Assembly: GCA_046484775.1 (NCBI GenBank)
Contig: JAWOIG010000149.1
Location: 1-37,771 of the forward strand
DNA: 37,771 nucleotides
Direction of reading: 5' to 3'
Source: Clostridia bacterium
GTDB taxonomy: Bacteria; Bacillota; Clostridia; DUPQ01
How positions within the stretch are numbered: position 1 is the first letter of the stretch; every line of letters begins with the position of its first letter. Under the pieces are notes generated by a model. It made no database searches. It was not told the origin of the DNA and was given only the letters and a program-made list of their open reading frames with translations. The position numbers and the translations under genes were made by a program. This document shows, one piece after another, positions 26,329-35,980 of the stretch.

Positions 26329-26371
26329 ATTACTTCATCGGTATTTGCATTATGCGGTTGCATCAAGCCGG

Positions 26372-28861
26372 TTATTTGATTCTGATTCCGAATATTTTTC
26401 TGGCATAAGATCCGACTACGGCTATGTCGTTATATACCCCTGGGGTTCCTTCTATGTTGGCGCCAAGCGAAACCACATCAAGTATCCTTCCGGTCTTCCC
26501 TTCGAGCAGATACATGTTCCCTGCAAAATTGCAATACAATATATATGCCTTTCCTTCCGGCGTGTACACTGCTGTCGGCGAGCTCCAGCTATAGGGTTCT
26601 GAATCAAGCGACCAAACTTCCTCCCCGGTTTTCTTATCAAGTGCTACAAGTTTTCCGTTGTATTCCCCGCCGTATTTGGCCAACGGGAAAATAACGATTC
26701 CGTCAATTTCATGCTTGCCCACGACGGGCGTTCCCAAAACCCCTCCGTTAATAACCGAATTATATCGGCACATGTATTTTTTCGCCCAGACAAGTTCCCC
26801 CGTGAGAGCATTATACTTGGAAAGGGTGGCTTCATATTCGCCCTTTGCGTTCTTATCCATTTCGCCGCTTATATCGACTTGGTTGCCTGTGTAGAGGAAA
26901 ACGCCTTCCGCGGTCTCCTCAATAACCGGCGTCGAATCTGTATCGTCCCCTGTTTCCACAGCCCACAATACGCGCATATTCTTTAGATCGAGGCATGCAA
27001 CCATTCCGTTGTTGTCTGTAAAATACATGTAGTTCCTGTAAATGGCGGGCGAGCTTTCAATCCCTATTCTTTCGCCGAACGGGTTGAGATACCTGTATTT
27101 GACAACTTCCGGGTTGATCGAGATTTTTCCCGTGCTTATGTCAAAATCCGTATTCAATTTCATTTTATATATTATTCCATTCTCGCCGGCTTCATAAAAA
27201 ACATCGTTCTGTGCGTCAAGAAGTCCCGAGGAATCAAAATTCGGCCAGTCCCTGAACGAGTCCGGGTCATTCCCTTTTATCTCATACAGCAGGCTTTGGT
27301 CAATCAGACTGAATATCCTGTAGGCGGGGACCAGTGTATCGGTTCCATTCTCCCCTATCCCCTGTCCGGTATAAAGCAGCGGGTATCCCCGTGCATCAAT
27401 AGAAACACTACCCTTTGTGGGATATCCTATTTTTATTGGATTTCTTGTCCATTCGCCTGTCTCAAGGTCGCAGAAATATATATTTCCATCAAGAGTTGCG
27501 TATATTACCTCCTTGAAGTCCGTACCGATGAACTTTTCCTTGATGTTCATTGTCTTCTCAACTTCATGACTCCAGTCGACGATGGACGGTTGGCCCGTCC
27601 ATCCAACGCCCGGCCAGTAACCGCCCGACTGCGTGGAAATGCTCCCTATGTCGAAGTCCCATATTATCTCCAGTTTTTCTTCCTTGATGTCGGCGGTTCC
27701 CCATGCCCCGCCGTCCCTGTAATTATTACCCCTGAACGTCGCGAGTCCAAGTTCCTCCGCATATCCGGATGAAACCGGGAAAGCAATATGCGCTTCGTCA
27801 AAATAGTTTCTTACAATTTTTGAATCAATGAGAATTTCCTCAAAATACCCGAGGTTTTGAGGCCTTGCAGATTTGACGATTCTGTTCGGCACCATTGCGT
27901 TTGCAGATATTTCACATACCGGGATAATTCCATAATTCAAAAAGCCATAGACCGCTTTCGATGCCCCGGATATTGTTTCAATGGCTTCGCTTTTCAATAC
28001 GCCATCCGCATATATGCTTATCGCATACCCGGGGCCATTCGAATATATTATGCCGGTGTCATTGTATGATATCAGTCCCGGGCTGTTGCCTGAGATTCCC
28101 TCCGATTCGACCTCCCGACCGGCCATACCGGAAAGAAGCCTTGTATTTGCATTTTTCTTCAATAAATCCGTCAATGCCTTGAATCCTTCCGGATTTTCTT
28201 TTTCAAGCACTGCTATTTCATTCATGAACAGCGCCATGTCATACGGGGATGTGTATATCGGAATATTGGTTGAGACAGCCCCCAGATCCGTCAGGTATTT
28301 ATCAACGACGCTTTTGCCCAGATATCTGATAATCATACGGACGGCGCTCATGTCTCCCTGCGTCAGGGAAGCCGCTGATAATTCCGAAAGAGTGTATTCC
28401 TCGCCGACCGAACCGTTGCTGACATCTCCTTTTGTTCCAGACCTGTCGTCTTCATTGAATTTCATTTTGAATTCCAGATTGACAAGACCTTCCGTTGACA
28501 ATGCATACAGGCAAAGATTAACGGGAAGAGCACTCGATTCCGCTGCAAAATATGAATCCTTGTCCCTGATGCCAATATAGTCTCCGTTTTCAAAATTAAT
28601 AAAATGAAAGCCATAATGCCCTGAGAAACGCGAAAGCAGCGCTTCCAGGCACTCAGCCAGCTCATCCGGGTTTTCCGTCCTGACAACCGGTGTATCCCAC
28701 AAATCCCACCCGGGTTCCGTAGGGATCGGACTGCCCGACGCATCAGTGGGTCCCGGCGTTTTTTCAGGGCTGCCGCTATTCTCGACCACGCCTTTTTCGC
28801 AAGACGATAATGCCAGGATAATCGCCAGCATAATGGTCAGAACCAATGAGATTTTTTTCAT
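26372..28861 (-). CDS. Lipoprotein: degenerate class A beta-lactamase-like domain fused to a PQQ-like beta-propeller
   Basis: Lipobox LSSC after MKKISLVLTIMLAIILA and a P/T/S linker. Lactamase-like YGFHFINFENG...YTLSELSAASL...TSPYDMALFM...NDTGII. Propeller TFRGNNYR, GWTGQP, GIESSP, DDTDSTP, YSWSSP. ATG 28861 with AGGTGA SD. Confidence 0.75.
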   Translation of the reverse strand: MKKISLVLTIMLAIILALSSCEKGVVENSGSPEKTPGPTDASGSPIPTEPGWDLWDTPVVRTENPDELAECLEALLSRFSGHYGFHFINFENGDYIGIRDKDSYFAAESSALPVNLCLYALSTEGLVNLEFKMKFNEDDRSGTKGDVSNGSVGEEYTLSELSAASLTQGDMSAVRMIIRYLGKSVVDKYLTDLGAVSTNIPIYTSPYDMALFMNEIAVLEKENPEGFKALTDLLKKNANTRLLSGMAGREVESEGISGNSPGLISYNDTGIIYSNGPGYAISIYADGVLKSEAIETISGASKAVYGFLNYGIIPVCEISANAMVPNRIVKSARPQNLGYFEEILIDSKIVRNYFDEAHIAFPVSSGYAEELGLATFRGNNYRDGGAWGTADIKEEKLEIIWDFDIGSISTQSGGYWPGVGWTGQPSIVDWSHEVEKTMNIKEKFIGTDFKEVIYATLDGNIYFCDLETGEWTRNPIKIGYPTKGSVSIDARGYPLLYTGQGIGENGTDTLVPAYRIFSLIDQSLLYEIKGNDPDSFRDWPNFDSSGLLDAQNDVFYEAGENGIIYKMKLNTDFDISTGKISINPEVVKYRYLNPFGERIGIESSPAIYRNYMYFTDNNGMVACLDLKNMRVLWAVETGDDTDSTPVIEETAEGVFLYTGNQVDISGEMDKNAKGEYEATLSKYNALTGELVWAKKYMCRYNSVINGGVLGTPVVGKHEIDGIVIFPLAKYGGEYNGKLVALDKKTGEEVWSLDSEPYSWSSPTAVYTPEGKAYILYCNFAGNMYLLEGKTGRILDVVSLGANIEGTPGVYNDIAVVGSYARKIFGIRIK

Positions 28862-29118
28862 TTCATCACCTGTCGTTCTTTTATTCCAGTATATCAGCAT
28901 TCATTTGTGAAAAAAAGAAACCGTATGCATTTTCATGAGGCGCGCCTTTGTTTCGACCTGCATTCACAGTCTGTATTTGCATGCCGGAACAACAGGTTTT
29001 TTGCAATAAATATTGTGCTTATGATGTATAATTGTGATACAATACTTTGTGGCAATAAAATGGCAGGTGTAATTATATGCCCGCCGTGAAATATGAATAT
29101 ATATTAAGGAGAAACAAT

Positions 29119-32100
29119 ATGGGCAAGGTTTTTAAAACCATGAACGGAAATAACGCCGCATCGCATGTAGCCTATGCATTTACTGAAGTTGCGGGAATTT
29201 ATCCCATAACCCCTTCGTCCGAAATGGCAGAGTTTGTGGATGAGTGGGCGGCGGCCGGTAAGAAGAACATGTTCGGACAGAAAGTCCGGCTGGTCGAGAT
29301 GCAATCGGAGGCCGGCGCAGCCGGCACGGTGCATGGTTCTTTGCAGGCAGGTGCTTTGACGACAACGTTTACGGCTTCGCAGGGTCTTCTTTTAATGATT
29401 CCCAACATGTATAAGATATCCGGCGAGCTTCTTCCCGGTGTGTTTCATGTAAGCGCCCGCGCAGTTGCCGGGCATGCGCTCTCCATCTTCGGAGATCATT
29501 CGGATGTAATGGCCACACGCCAGACAGGATTCGCCATGCTTGCATCGGGAGGCGTTCAGGAGGTTATGGATCTCGGCGGAATCGCTCATTTAAGCGCCAT
29601 TAAAGCCAGCATTCCTTTCCTTCATTTCTTCGACGGATTCAGGACTTCCCATGAATTCCAGAAAATCGAAGTCATGGATTATGACGACTTGAAGAGTCTG
29701 GTTGATTTTGAAGCCATCAGGAAATTCCGTGCAAAATCCCTCAATCCGGGTCGTCCGGTTCTCAGGGGCACTGCGCAGAATCCGGATATCTTCTTCCAGG
29801 CAAAGGAAGCCTCAAACAGATATTATGAAGCGATTCCGGAAATTGTCGAAGGCTACATGAAGGAAGTCAGCAGGATTACAGGCAGAACCTACAATCTCTT
29901 TGATTATATCGGATGCGAGGATGCCGAAAGTCTTGTCATAGCCATGGGTTCCGTTTGCGACACCATAGAGGAAACGGTTGATAAAATGTGTGAAAACGGC
30001 GAAAAGGTCGGTTTGCTCAAGGTCCGGTTGTACAGACCCTTCTCAATAAAGCACATGATGGCAGCAATACCGGCTTCCGTCAGGAAGATTGCCGTGCTTG
30101 ACAGGACAAAGGAACCGGGTGCGCAGGGCGAACCTCTTTATCTGGATGTAAGGTCGGCATTCTATAATAAAAAGAATGCGCCGCTTATAGTAGGAGGTCG
30201 TTACGGACTTGGCTCCAAGGATACGACTCCCGAGCAAATCGTCGCGGTTTTCGACAATCTTTCCGCAGATGAGCCGAAGGATGGTTTCACCATAGGAATA
30301 AACGACGATGTAACACATCTCTCGCTGAAGACGGGAAGTCATTTTGATGCTTCTCCGAAGGGAACCGTAAGCTGCAAGTTCTGGGGCCTTGGTTCGGATG
30401 GAACCGTCGGCGCCAACAAAAACACAATCAAGATAATCGGCGACCATACCGACATGTATGCGCAGGCATATTTTTCCTATGATTCCAAGAAGTCGGGAGG
30501 GATAACCGTTTCGCATCTAAGGTTCGGTAAAAAGCCAATAAAATCCACTTATCTTATCAGCCGGGCTGATTTCGTTGCATGCCATCAGCCGTCCTATGTG
30601 GACAAGTATGAAATGGTTCAGGATATCAAGCCCGGAGGAACATTTCTTTTGAATACAGGGTGGACCCTTGAGGAGCTCGACGCCCATCTTCCGGCAGCGA
30701 TGAAGCAGTATATTGCAAAGAACAACATAGATTTCTACACCATTGACGCCATTGGCATCGCAGACAGCATTGGCCTGGGAGGAAGAATCAACATGGTGAT
30801 GATGTCCGCCTTCTTCAAGCTGGCAAAAGTCATTCCCATCGATGATGCCATTAAATACATGAAAAAGGCAATCGTTGATTCATATGGCAAAAAAGGCGAG
30901 AAAATTGTAAAGATGAACAATGACGCTGTTGATCTTGGAATAGAGAAAATCATAAAAATAGCTGTTCCCGATAACTGGGGAACTTCTGTTGATGATTCCA
31001 CCCCCGCCGATTACAATGTGCCTGATTTCATCGAGAATGTTGCAAACGTGATGAATGCCCAAAAGGGCGACACTCTTCCCGTAAGTACATTTATGGACAG
31101 CGCAGACGGAACCTTCCCGTCCGGAACAACACAGTATGAGAAGCGCGGAATAGCGGTCAATGTGCCTGAATGGCAGATTGAAAACTGCATACAGTGCAAT
31201 CAGTGCGCATATGTTTGTCCACATGCCGTTATCAGGCCCGTGCTGGTCAGTGAAGAAGAGGCGGCCAAGGCTCCGGAAGGATTTGATACCAAGCCTGCCA
31301 TAGGAAAAGGCCTCGAGGGAATCGGCTTCAGGATCCAGGTGTCTGCGCTTGACTGCACGGGATGTGGAAACTGCGCCCAGGTCTGCCCCTCAAAGGAGAA
31401 GTCGCTGATAATGAAGCCCCAGGAATCCCAGCACAACCAGATTGAGAACTGGAACTACTCCCAGACCCTGGCGAAAAAGCAAAACCCAATGAACAAATTC
31501 ACTGTAAAAGGCAGCCAGTTCGAGAAACCTTATTTTGAATTCTCGGGAGCTTGCGCAGGATGCGGCGAAACCCCTTATCTGAAACTCATTACCCAGCTTT
31601 ATGGGGACAGGATGATGATTGCAAACGCCACGGGATGTTCATCCATATGGGGCGGAAGCGCTCCTTCCACTCCGTTTGCGGTAGACAGTGACGGATGCGG
31701 ACCCGCATGGGCAAATTCACTGTTTGAAGACAATGCCGAATACGGTCTGGGAATGCATCTTGCGGTTGAGCAGATGAGAAGCCGGATTGAGGAACTGTGC
31801 GAAAAGCTTATTGAAACGGATGTCTGTGATTGCATCAAGGAAGGCGCCCGTGGTTGGATCGATACCAAATATGACGGGGAAGCCAGCAAAGCCGCCAAGG
31901 AAAAGCTCATGGAATCGCTTACATCATGCATGAAGGACTGCAAGATAGATGATGCGGCAAAGGAAATCGTTGACGAGCTTATCGAGAAACAGGACTTCAT
32001 GATCAAACGTTCACAATGGATTGTGGGAGGCGACGGATGGGCTTATGACATTGGATTCGGAGGCCTGGACCATGTCCTTGCTTCAGGAGAAGATGTCAAT

Positions 32101-32655
32101 GTCCTTGTATTCGACACTGAAGTATATTCAAACACCGGCGGACAGGCTTCAAAATCCACTCCGGCCGGATCGGTAGCTAAATTCGCCGCCGCCGGAAAAC
32201 CCATCAAAAAGAAGGACCTTGGCATGATGCTGATGTCCTATGGATATGTATATGTTGCACAGGTTGCACAGGGTGCCAATCAGGCACAGTTCATAAAGGC
32301 CGTAAAGGAAGCCGAAAGCTATCATGGTCCTTCCATGATAATCGCCTACTCCCCCTGTATAAACCATGGCATAAGAGCCGGCATGGGGTGTTCGCAGCTT
32401 CAGGAAAAGAATGCTGTTGAAGCAGGATACTGGCATCTTTTCAGGTACAATCCATTGCTTAAGGAAGAAGGAAAGAATCCGTTCGTGCTTGACTCCAAGG
32501 AACCCACGGCCAGTTTCCGCGAGTTCATTATGAGCGAGAACAGATATGCCTCGCTCACCCGCTCATTCCCCGACAGGGCGGAAAGATTGTTTGAAAAGAC
32601 AGAGAATGATGCGAAGGAAAGATACGAAGGATACAAGAAGTTGTCAGAAAGCTGA
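29119..32655 (+). CDS. nifJ: Pyruvate:ferredoxin (flavodoxin) oxidoreductase, single-chain
   Basis: IYPITPSS, EMQSEAGAAG, WGLGSDGTVGA, two CxxCxxCxxxCP ferredoxin motifs, FSGACAGCGE and TPP motif GGDGWAYDIG. ATG 29119 with AAGGAG SD. Confidence 0.97.
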   Translation: MGKVFKTMNGNNAASHVAYAFTEVAGIYPITPSSEMAEFVDEWAAAGKKNMFGQKVRLVEMQSEAGAAGTVHGSLQAGALTTTFTASQGLLLMIPNMYKISGELLPGVFHVSARAVAGHALSIFGDHSDVMATRQTGFAMLASGGVQEVMDLGGIAHLSAIKASIPFLHFFDGFRTSHEFQKIEVMDYDDLKSLVDFEAIRKFRAKSLNPGRPVLRGTAQNPDIFFQAKEASNRYYEAIPEIVEGYMKEVSRITGRTYNLFDYIGCEDAESLVIAMGSVCDTIEETVDKMCENGEKVGLLKVRLYRPFSIKHMMAAIPASVRKIAVLDRTKEPGAQGEPLYLDVRSAFYNKKNAPLIVGGRYGLGSKDTTPEQIVAVFDNLSADEPKDGFTIGINDDVTHLSLKTGSHFDASPKGTVSCKFWGLGSDGTVGANKNTIKIIGDHTDMYAQAYFSYDSKKSGGITVSHLRFGKKPIKSTYLISRADFVACHQPSYVDKYEMVQDIKPGGTFLLNTGWTLEELDAHLPAAMKQYIAKNNIDFYTIDAIGIADSIGLGGRINMVMMSAFFKLAKVIPIDDAIKYMKKAIVDSYGKKGEKIVKMNNDAVDLGIEKIIKIAVPDNWGTSVDDSTPADYNVPDFIENVANVMNAQKGDTLPVSTFMDSADGTFPSGTTQYEKRGIAVNVPEWQIENCIQCNQCAYVCPHAVIRPVLVSEEEAAKAPEGFDTKPAIGKGLEGIGFRIQVSALDCTGCGNCAQVCPSKEKSLIMKPQESQHNQIENWNYSQTLAKKQNPMNKFTVKGSQFEKPYFEFSGACAGCGETPYLKLITQLYGDRMMIANATGCSSIWGGSAPSTPFAVDSDGCGPAWANSLFEDNAEYGLGMHLAVEQMRSRIEELCEKLIETDVCDCIKEGARGWIDTKYDGEASKAAKEKLMESLTSCMKDCKIDDAAKEIVDELIEKQDFMIKRSQWIVGGDGWAYDIGFGGLDHVLASGEDVNVLVFDTEVYSNTGGQASKSTPAGSVAKFAAAGKPIKKKDLGMMLMSYGYVYVAQVAQGANQAQFIKAVKEAESYHGPSMIIAYSPCINHGIRAGMGCSQLQEKNAVEAGYWHLFRYNPLLKEEGKNPFVLDSKEPTASFREFIMSENRYASLTRSFPDRAERLFEKTENDAKERYEGYKKLSES

Positions 32656-32682
32656 AATAATCGGATAAATGATCAATAATCC

Positions 32683-32710
32683 AAGGGGCCGCTTGCAGCG
32701 GCCCCTTTTT
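32683..32710 (+). terminator. Intrinsic terminator of the PFOR gene
   Basis: AAGGGGCCGC-TTGCA-GCGGCCCCTT-TTT, 27 nt after the stop. Confidence 0.9.
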
Positions 32711-32748
32711 ATTCATCACAGACTAAATTCCATGCGAACCCGTATTGT

Positions 32749-33891
32749 CTATAAAAGCTTTGCGATTGCGTATACCAAAAATCCAAGGTAATTGCCTACC
32801 GCATATCCCACCAGTCCCGAGGTAAGTCCCGCCACTATTACCTCTTTGTTCTTAATGGCGTTCGACACCGGGATTATGAATGCCGGTCCATAGATTCCCG
32901 CCGTTGATGTAATTATCGCAGTGTCCACATCGATGTCAAAAATTTTGGCAAATATCAAATGGATTATTATTGCACCAAACATCGATACCGCAACGAATCC
33001 GAGTATTTCCGGGGAGGCTTTGAGCATTTCCTTGATATCGACGGTAGTGCCGAGTGCGAGCGAAAAGGCAAGTATTATGTACTGGCCGGCATCAAATGTA
33101 AACCTTATTTCCTTTATCTTCTTCACAAAGGAAAGTCCCACACCGAGGCTTGTTACGCCAAGCATAACAATCGCCGCATTCAGCTCCCCGGTAAAAAGCA
33201 ATGCGATTCCCGCACTTATTCCAAGCCCGCCGATGCATGCCAGGACCATCAGAACAACCTTGCCCACCGCCTTCCACTTCTCCGCGGATACCATTGAGCC
33301 GAATGTTACGGGGTTTTCTTCCGGGGCCTCATCGAGGTTCATTCCTTTATATGGTTTCAAAATCTTTGATAGAACAGGCTTTATTACACTGATCAGAAGA
33401 AGAAAGTAAGCCCCCCCGAGAATCTGGTCGCATGCATTCACCAGTACAATGTTGTCCTGACTTGCCTTGAGTCCCATTCCTATCGCAACGAGATTCGGCG
33501 TACCCCCTGTATAAACCCCGACCATCATTCCGGAAATTTTCGCAAACTCGGATATGCTTCCCCTGAAAATCCACGCCGCCAGCAATGCGCTTAAAAATGC
33601 GGAAAGGATCACCAGTAAAAACGATACGATTGTTTTTTTTGCAGATTTCATCCATTTGATGAAATCCGCCGAAAAAAGTATGAGAGGTATTGCGATAGGG
33701 ACGCTGATCTCGGAAATCGTCATGGACAATCCTCTGTCAAGCGGTATTCCGGGTATGTTGCCCCAGACGATGCCTATGGCATAGGCTACCAGGATAGGAC
33801 TCATGGTTTTCACTATCCTGTACTTTGTCTGGGCAAACAAAATCAGCATCGGAATCGCGAATATTAGTAATACTTGAACTGCCTGAAGCAT
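32749..33891 (-). CDS. DUF819-like multi-pass membrane protein (putative transporter)
   Basis: About 10 hydrophobic helices; PIAIPLILF, GVYTGGTPNLVAI, STAGIYGP and GLVGYAVGNYLG motifs. Confidence 0.75.
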   Translation of the reverse strand: MLQAVQVLLIFAIPMLILFAQTKYRIVKTMSPILVAYAIGIVWGNIPGIPLDRGLSMTISEISVPIAIPLILFSADFIKWMKSAKKTIVSFLLVILSAFLSALLAAWIFRGSISEFAKISGMMVGVYTGGTPNLVAIGMGLKASQDNIVLVNACDQILGGAYFLLLISVIKPVLSKILKPYKGMNLDEAPEENPVTFGSMVSAEKWKAVGKVVLMVLACIGGLGISAGIALLFTGELNAAIVMLGVTSLGVGLSFVKKIKEIRFTFDAGQYIILAFSLALGTTVDIKEMLKASPEILGFVAVSMFGAIIIHLIFAKIFDIDVDTAIITSTAGIYGPAFIIPVSNAIKNKEVIVAGLTSGLVGYAVGNYLGFLVYAIAKLL

Positions 33892-33899
33892 TATTCCCC

Positions 33900-34964
33900 C
33901 TATCTCGGCCAGCGGCCGTCCAGTTCTGCCATTTTCTCAAACTCACTATGAGGTTCTGTCTGATACCAGTATGCCACTGATGCGATGTCCTCCGTCAGCG
34001 GCTGGTACTTATGATTCGGCCACCAACCGAGAGCTTGAATCGTAACCTTAAGTCCGTTTTCAAACCTGATTGGATCCATCACATGCCATCTGTACATGCT
34101 GTGCTTGGGCACCTTGCCTTCCTCCCTTTCACTGAATGGAAATCCCATGAACGGCGTTGAGTAATGACGGCCGAAAGTATCCTTGTAATCGCCTCCGAAA
34201 TTCCAGGCCCCACCGAAGTAATCTTCCGTTCCGGTCCCGCATATGGTTGGATATTCCTTTTCGTCGTCCATGTAGAATTTGATCTCGCCCTCGCCCCACC
34301 AGCAATCGGAATACTGCATCCAGGCAAGATAAGTCCCCACATAATGGCCCTTGCCGCTGATTCCGTCTACAATCACGTGTTCCGGGTACTCCCTGGTTGT
34401 CATCGACCTGCTCCACTTTGCATGGAAATATGCCGCATTTTCATCGACTTCCGTTTCATCAAATGTTATCTGGAAGAAAAACCCACGGACATCCTCGAAA
34501 TACTCATTGGTAAAAGTAATCCTGAAGCCTTTTCTAAACGGCATGGGCCAATAGCAATTCAACGCACCATCGGGATTGACCACCACCGGAATTGAATTGA
34601 CATCATATCTCCGCCCGTGTCCCATCGCAAAAAAATCGCCCATGGGAACCTCTACGGACGGCTTGTCCTCCCCGTCCCAGTAGAATCTCAGTATTCCTGC
34701 CCTGAGCATGCGGCTATCCGCCGTCATCCATATGTGCCTGATTATTCCGCTTCCTTGATAATCGGCCAGCACCGCAGTCTCGCCGGCTTTTACCTTTATG
34801 CACGGCTTGATCTTCCAGCCTTTGCCCAGTTTTGAACCCGCATTGTTCTCGTCCGGAAATTCCATGGCTCCCTTGCCGGGTTCTCCGGTCGGATTTTCCG
34901 CACATATTGAACGCGTCCTTGCATTAGAAAGCCTGTACAGCGATCCAAGATTATTATCGAACAT
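33900..34964 (-). CDS. GH172 (DUF2961) glycoside hydrolase
   Basis: RSICAENPTGEPGKG, GIIRHIWMT, YWDGEDKPSVEVPMGDFF, WPMPF, WWGEGEIKFY, GTGTEDYF and YRWHVMDPIRF. ATG 34964 with G7 SD. Confidence 0.92.
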   Translation of the reverse strand: MFDNNLGSLYRLSNARTRSICAENPTGEPGKGAMEFPDENNAGSKLGKGWKIKPCIKVKAGETAVLADYQGSGIIRHIWMTADSRMLRAGILRFYWDGEDKPSVEVPMGDFFAMGHGRRYDVNSIPVVVNPDGALNCYWPMPFRKGFRITFTNEYFEDVRGFFFQITFDETEVDENAAYFHAKWSRSMTTREYPEHVIVDGISGKGHYVGTYLAWMQYSDCWWGEGEIKFYMDDEKEYPTICGTGTEDYFGGAWNFGGDYKDTFGRHYSTPFMGFPFSEREEGKVPKHSMYRWHVMDPIRFENGLKVTIQALGWWPNHKYQPLTEDIASVAYWYQTEPHSEFEKMAELDGRWPR

Positions 34965-35077
34965 ATTCCATCCCCCCCGTATTGATACACCGTTATCCGG
35001 CAGCGTCTTCATTATATCAAAAGAACCTTTGTCTTATAATATTTATATTAAACATTCCAATGGCTCCATCCTGTTTT

Positions 35078-35980
35078 TCAAGACGTTGGGACCGACAGTC
35101 CGGAAAGAGCGTTCTCCAAGGCTTCCTTCTCCATCCCTTGCCTGGACTCCTCGGCGCTTGACGCCATGTGCGGTGACAATATTACATTTGAAAGCTCTTT
35201 CAGAGGTCCGTCATAAGGCTCTTTTTCAAAACAATCGATGGCGGCCCCGGAAATGGTTCCAAGGGACAACGCATCATAAAGAGCCGCTTCGTCAATCAGC
35301 CCTCCCCTGGCCGTATTAATCAGCAATGCGTTTTTTTTCATTTTATTGATTTCGGCAACTCCTATTATATGCCTGTTGCTTTCATTGTACGGAACATGCA
35401 GGCTGATTATATCGGCACTTTTAATGAGAAAGTCAAACTCCACCGGCTTTATATGGCCGGCAGGAATCCTGCCGATATCATAACCGATTATGTCGCAGCC
35501 GAAGGGTGTCAGGAGGCGGGAAACATATTCCCCTATCCTTCCGCACCCGACTATACCGACGGTTTTACCTGAAAGCATGTTTCCCCTCGGGCTCTTCCAT
35601 TCGCCTCTTCTGATTACCTCATCGTATATGTTTATCCTTTTTATCAAGGACAGCATCAGCGCAACCGTCATCTCCGCAACCGCTGCCATAGGGGCATCGG
35701 GTGTATTGAATACCGTTATGCCCAGCCTTTTAGCAGCGTCGAGGTCAACATTATCAAGTCCGGTTCCACACCTTGATATTACCTTCAGATATGGTTTTCC
35801 CTCAAGTACATTCTGCGTCAATGGCTCCAGCCCGGCAATTATCGCATCCGGTCTTATCTCGTCAAGGATTTTTGAAATTTCTTTTTCGCTTAACATCCTG
35901 CCATATGGATTCCTGATCAATTCAATTTCATCCGGAATATCATGTTCTCCAAAATCGGATGTTGTCGTCAATATCCTCAT
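35078..35980 (-). CDS. D-isomer-specific 2-hydroxyacid dehydrogenase (phosphoglycerate dehydrogenase-like, no ACT domain)
   Basis: GTGLDNVD, AVAE, Rossmann GCGRIG, INTARGGLIDE, FEKEP and SPHMAS; ATGA overlap with the aldolase stop. Confidence 0.9.
   Translation of the reverse strand: MRILTTTSDFGEHDIPDEIELIRNPYGRMLSEKEISKILDEIRPDAIIAGLEPLTQNVLEGKPYLKVISRCGTGLDNVDLDAAKRLGITVFNTPDAPMAAVAEMTVALMLSLIKRINIYDEVIRRGEWKSPRGNMLSGKTVGIVGCGRIGEYVSRLLTPFGCDIIGYDIGRIPAGHIKPVEFDFLIKSADIISLHVPYNESNRHIIGVAEINKMKKNALLINTARGGLIDEAALYDALSLGTISGAAIDCFEKEPYDGPLKELSNVILSPHMASSAEESRQGMEKEALENALSGLSVPTS

Noticed and set aside
26372-28861. Active beta-lactamase / resistance gene, or true PQQ dehydrogenase
   Set aside because: SxxK, SDN and KTG are all absent, and the propeller shows only structural repeat motifs with no pqq genes nearby.
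28900-29060. Rex operator upstream of PFOR
   Set aside because: Only TTGTG half-sites are present; there is no 18-bp TTGTGAA-N4-TTCACAA-type palindrome.
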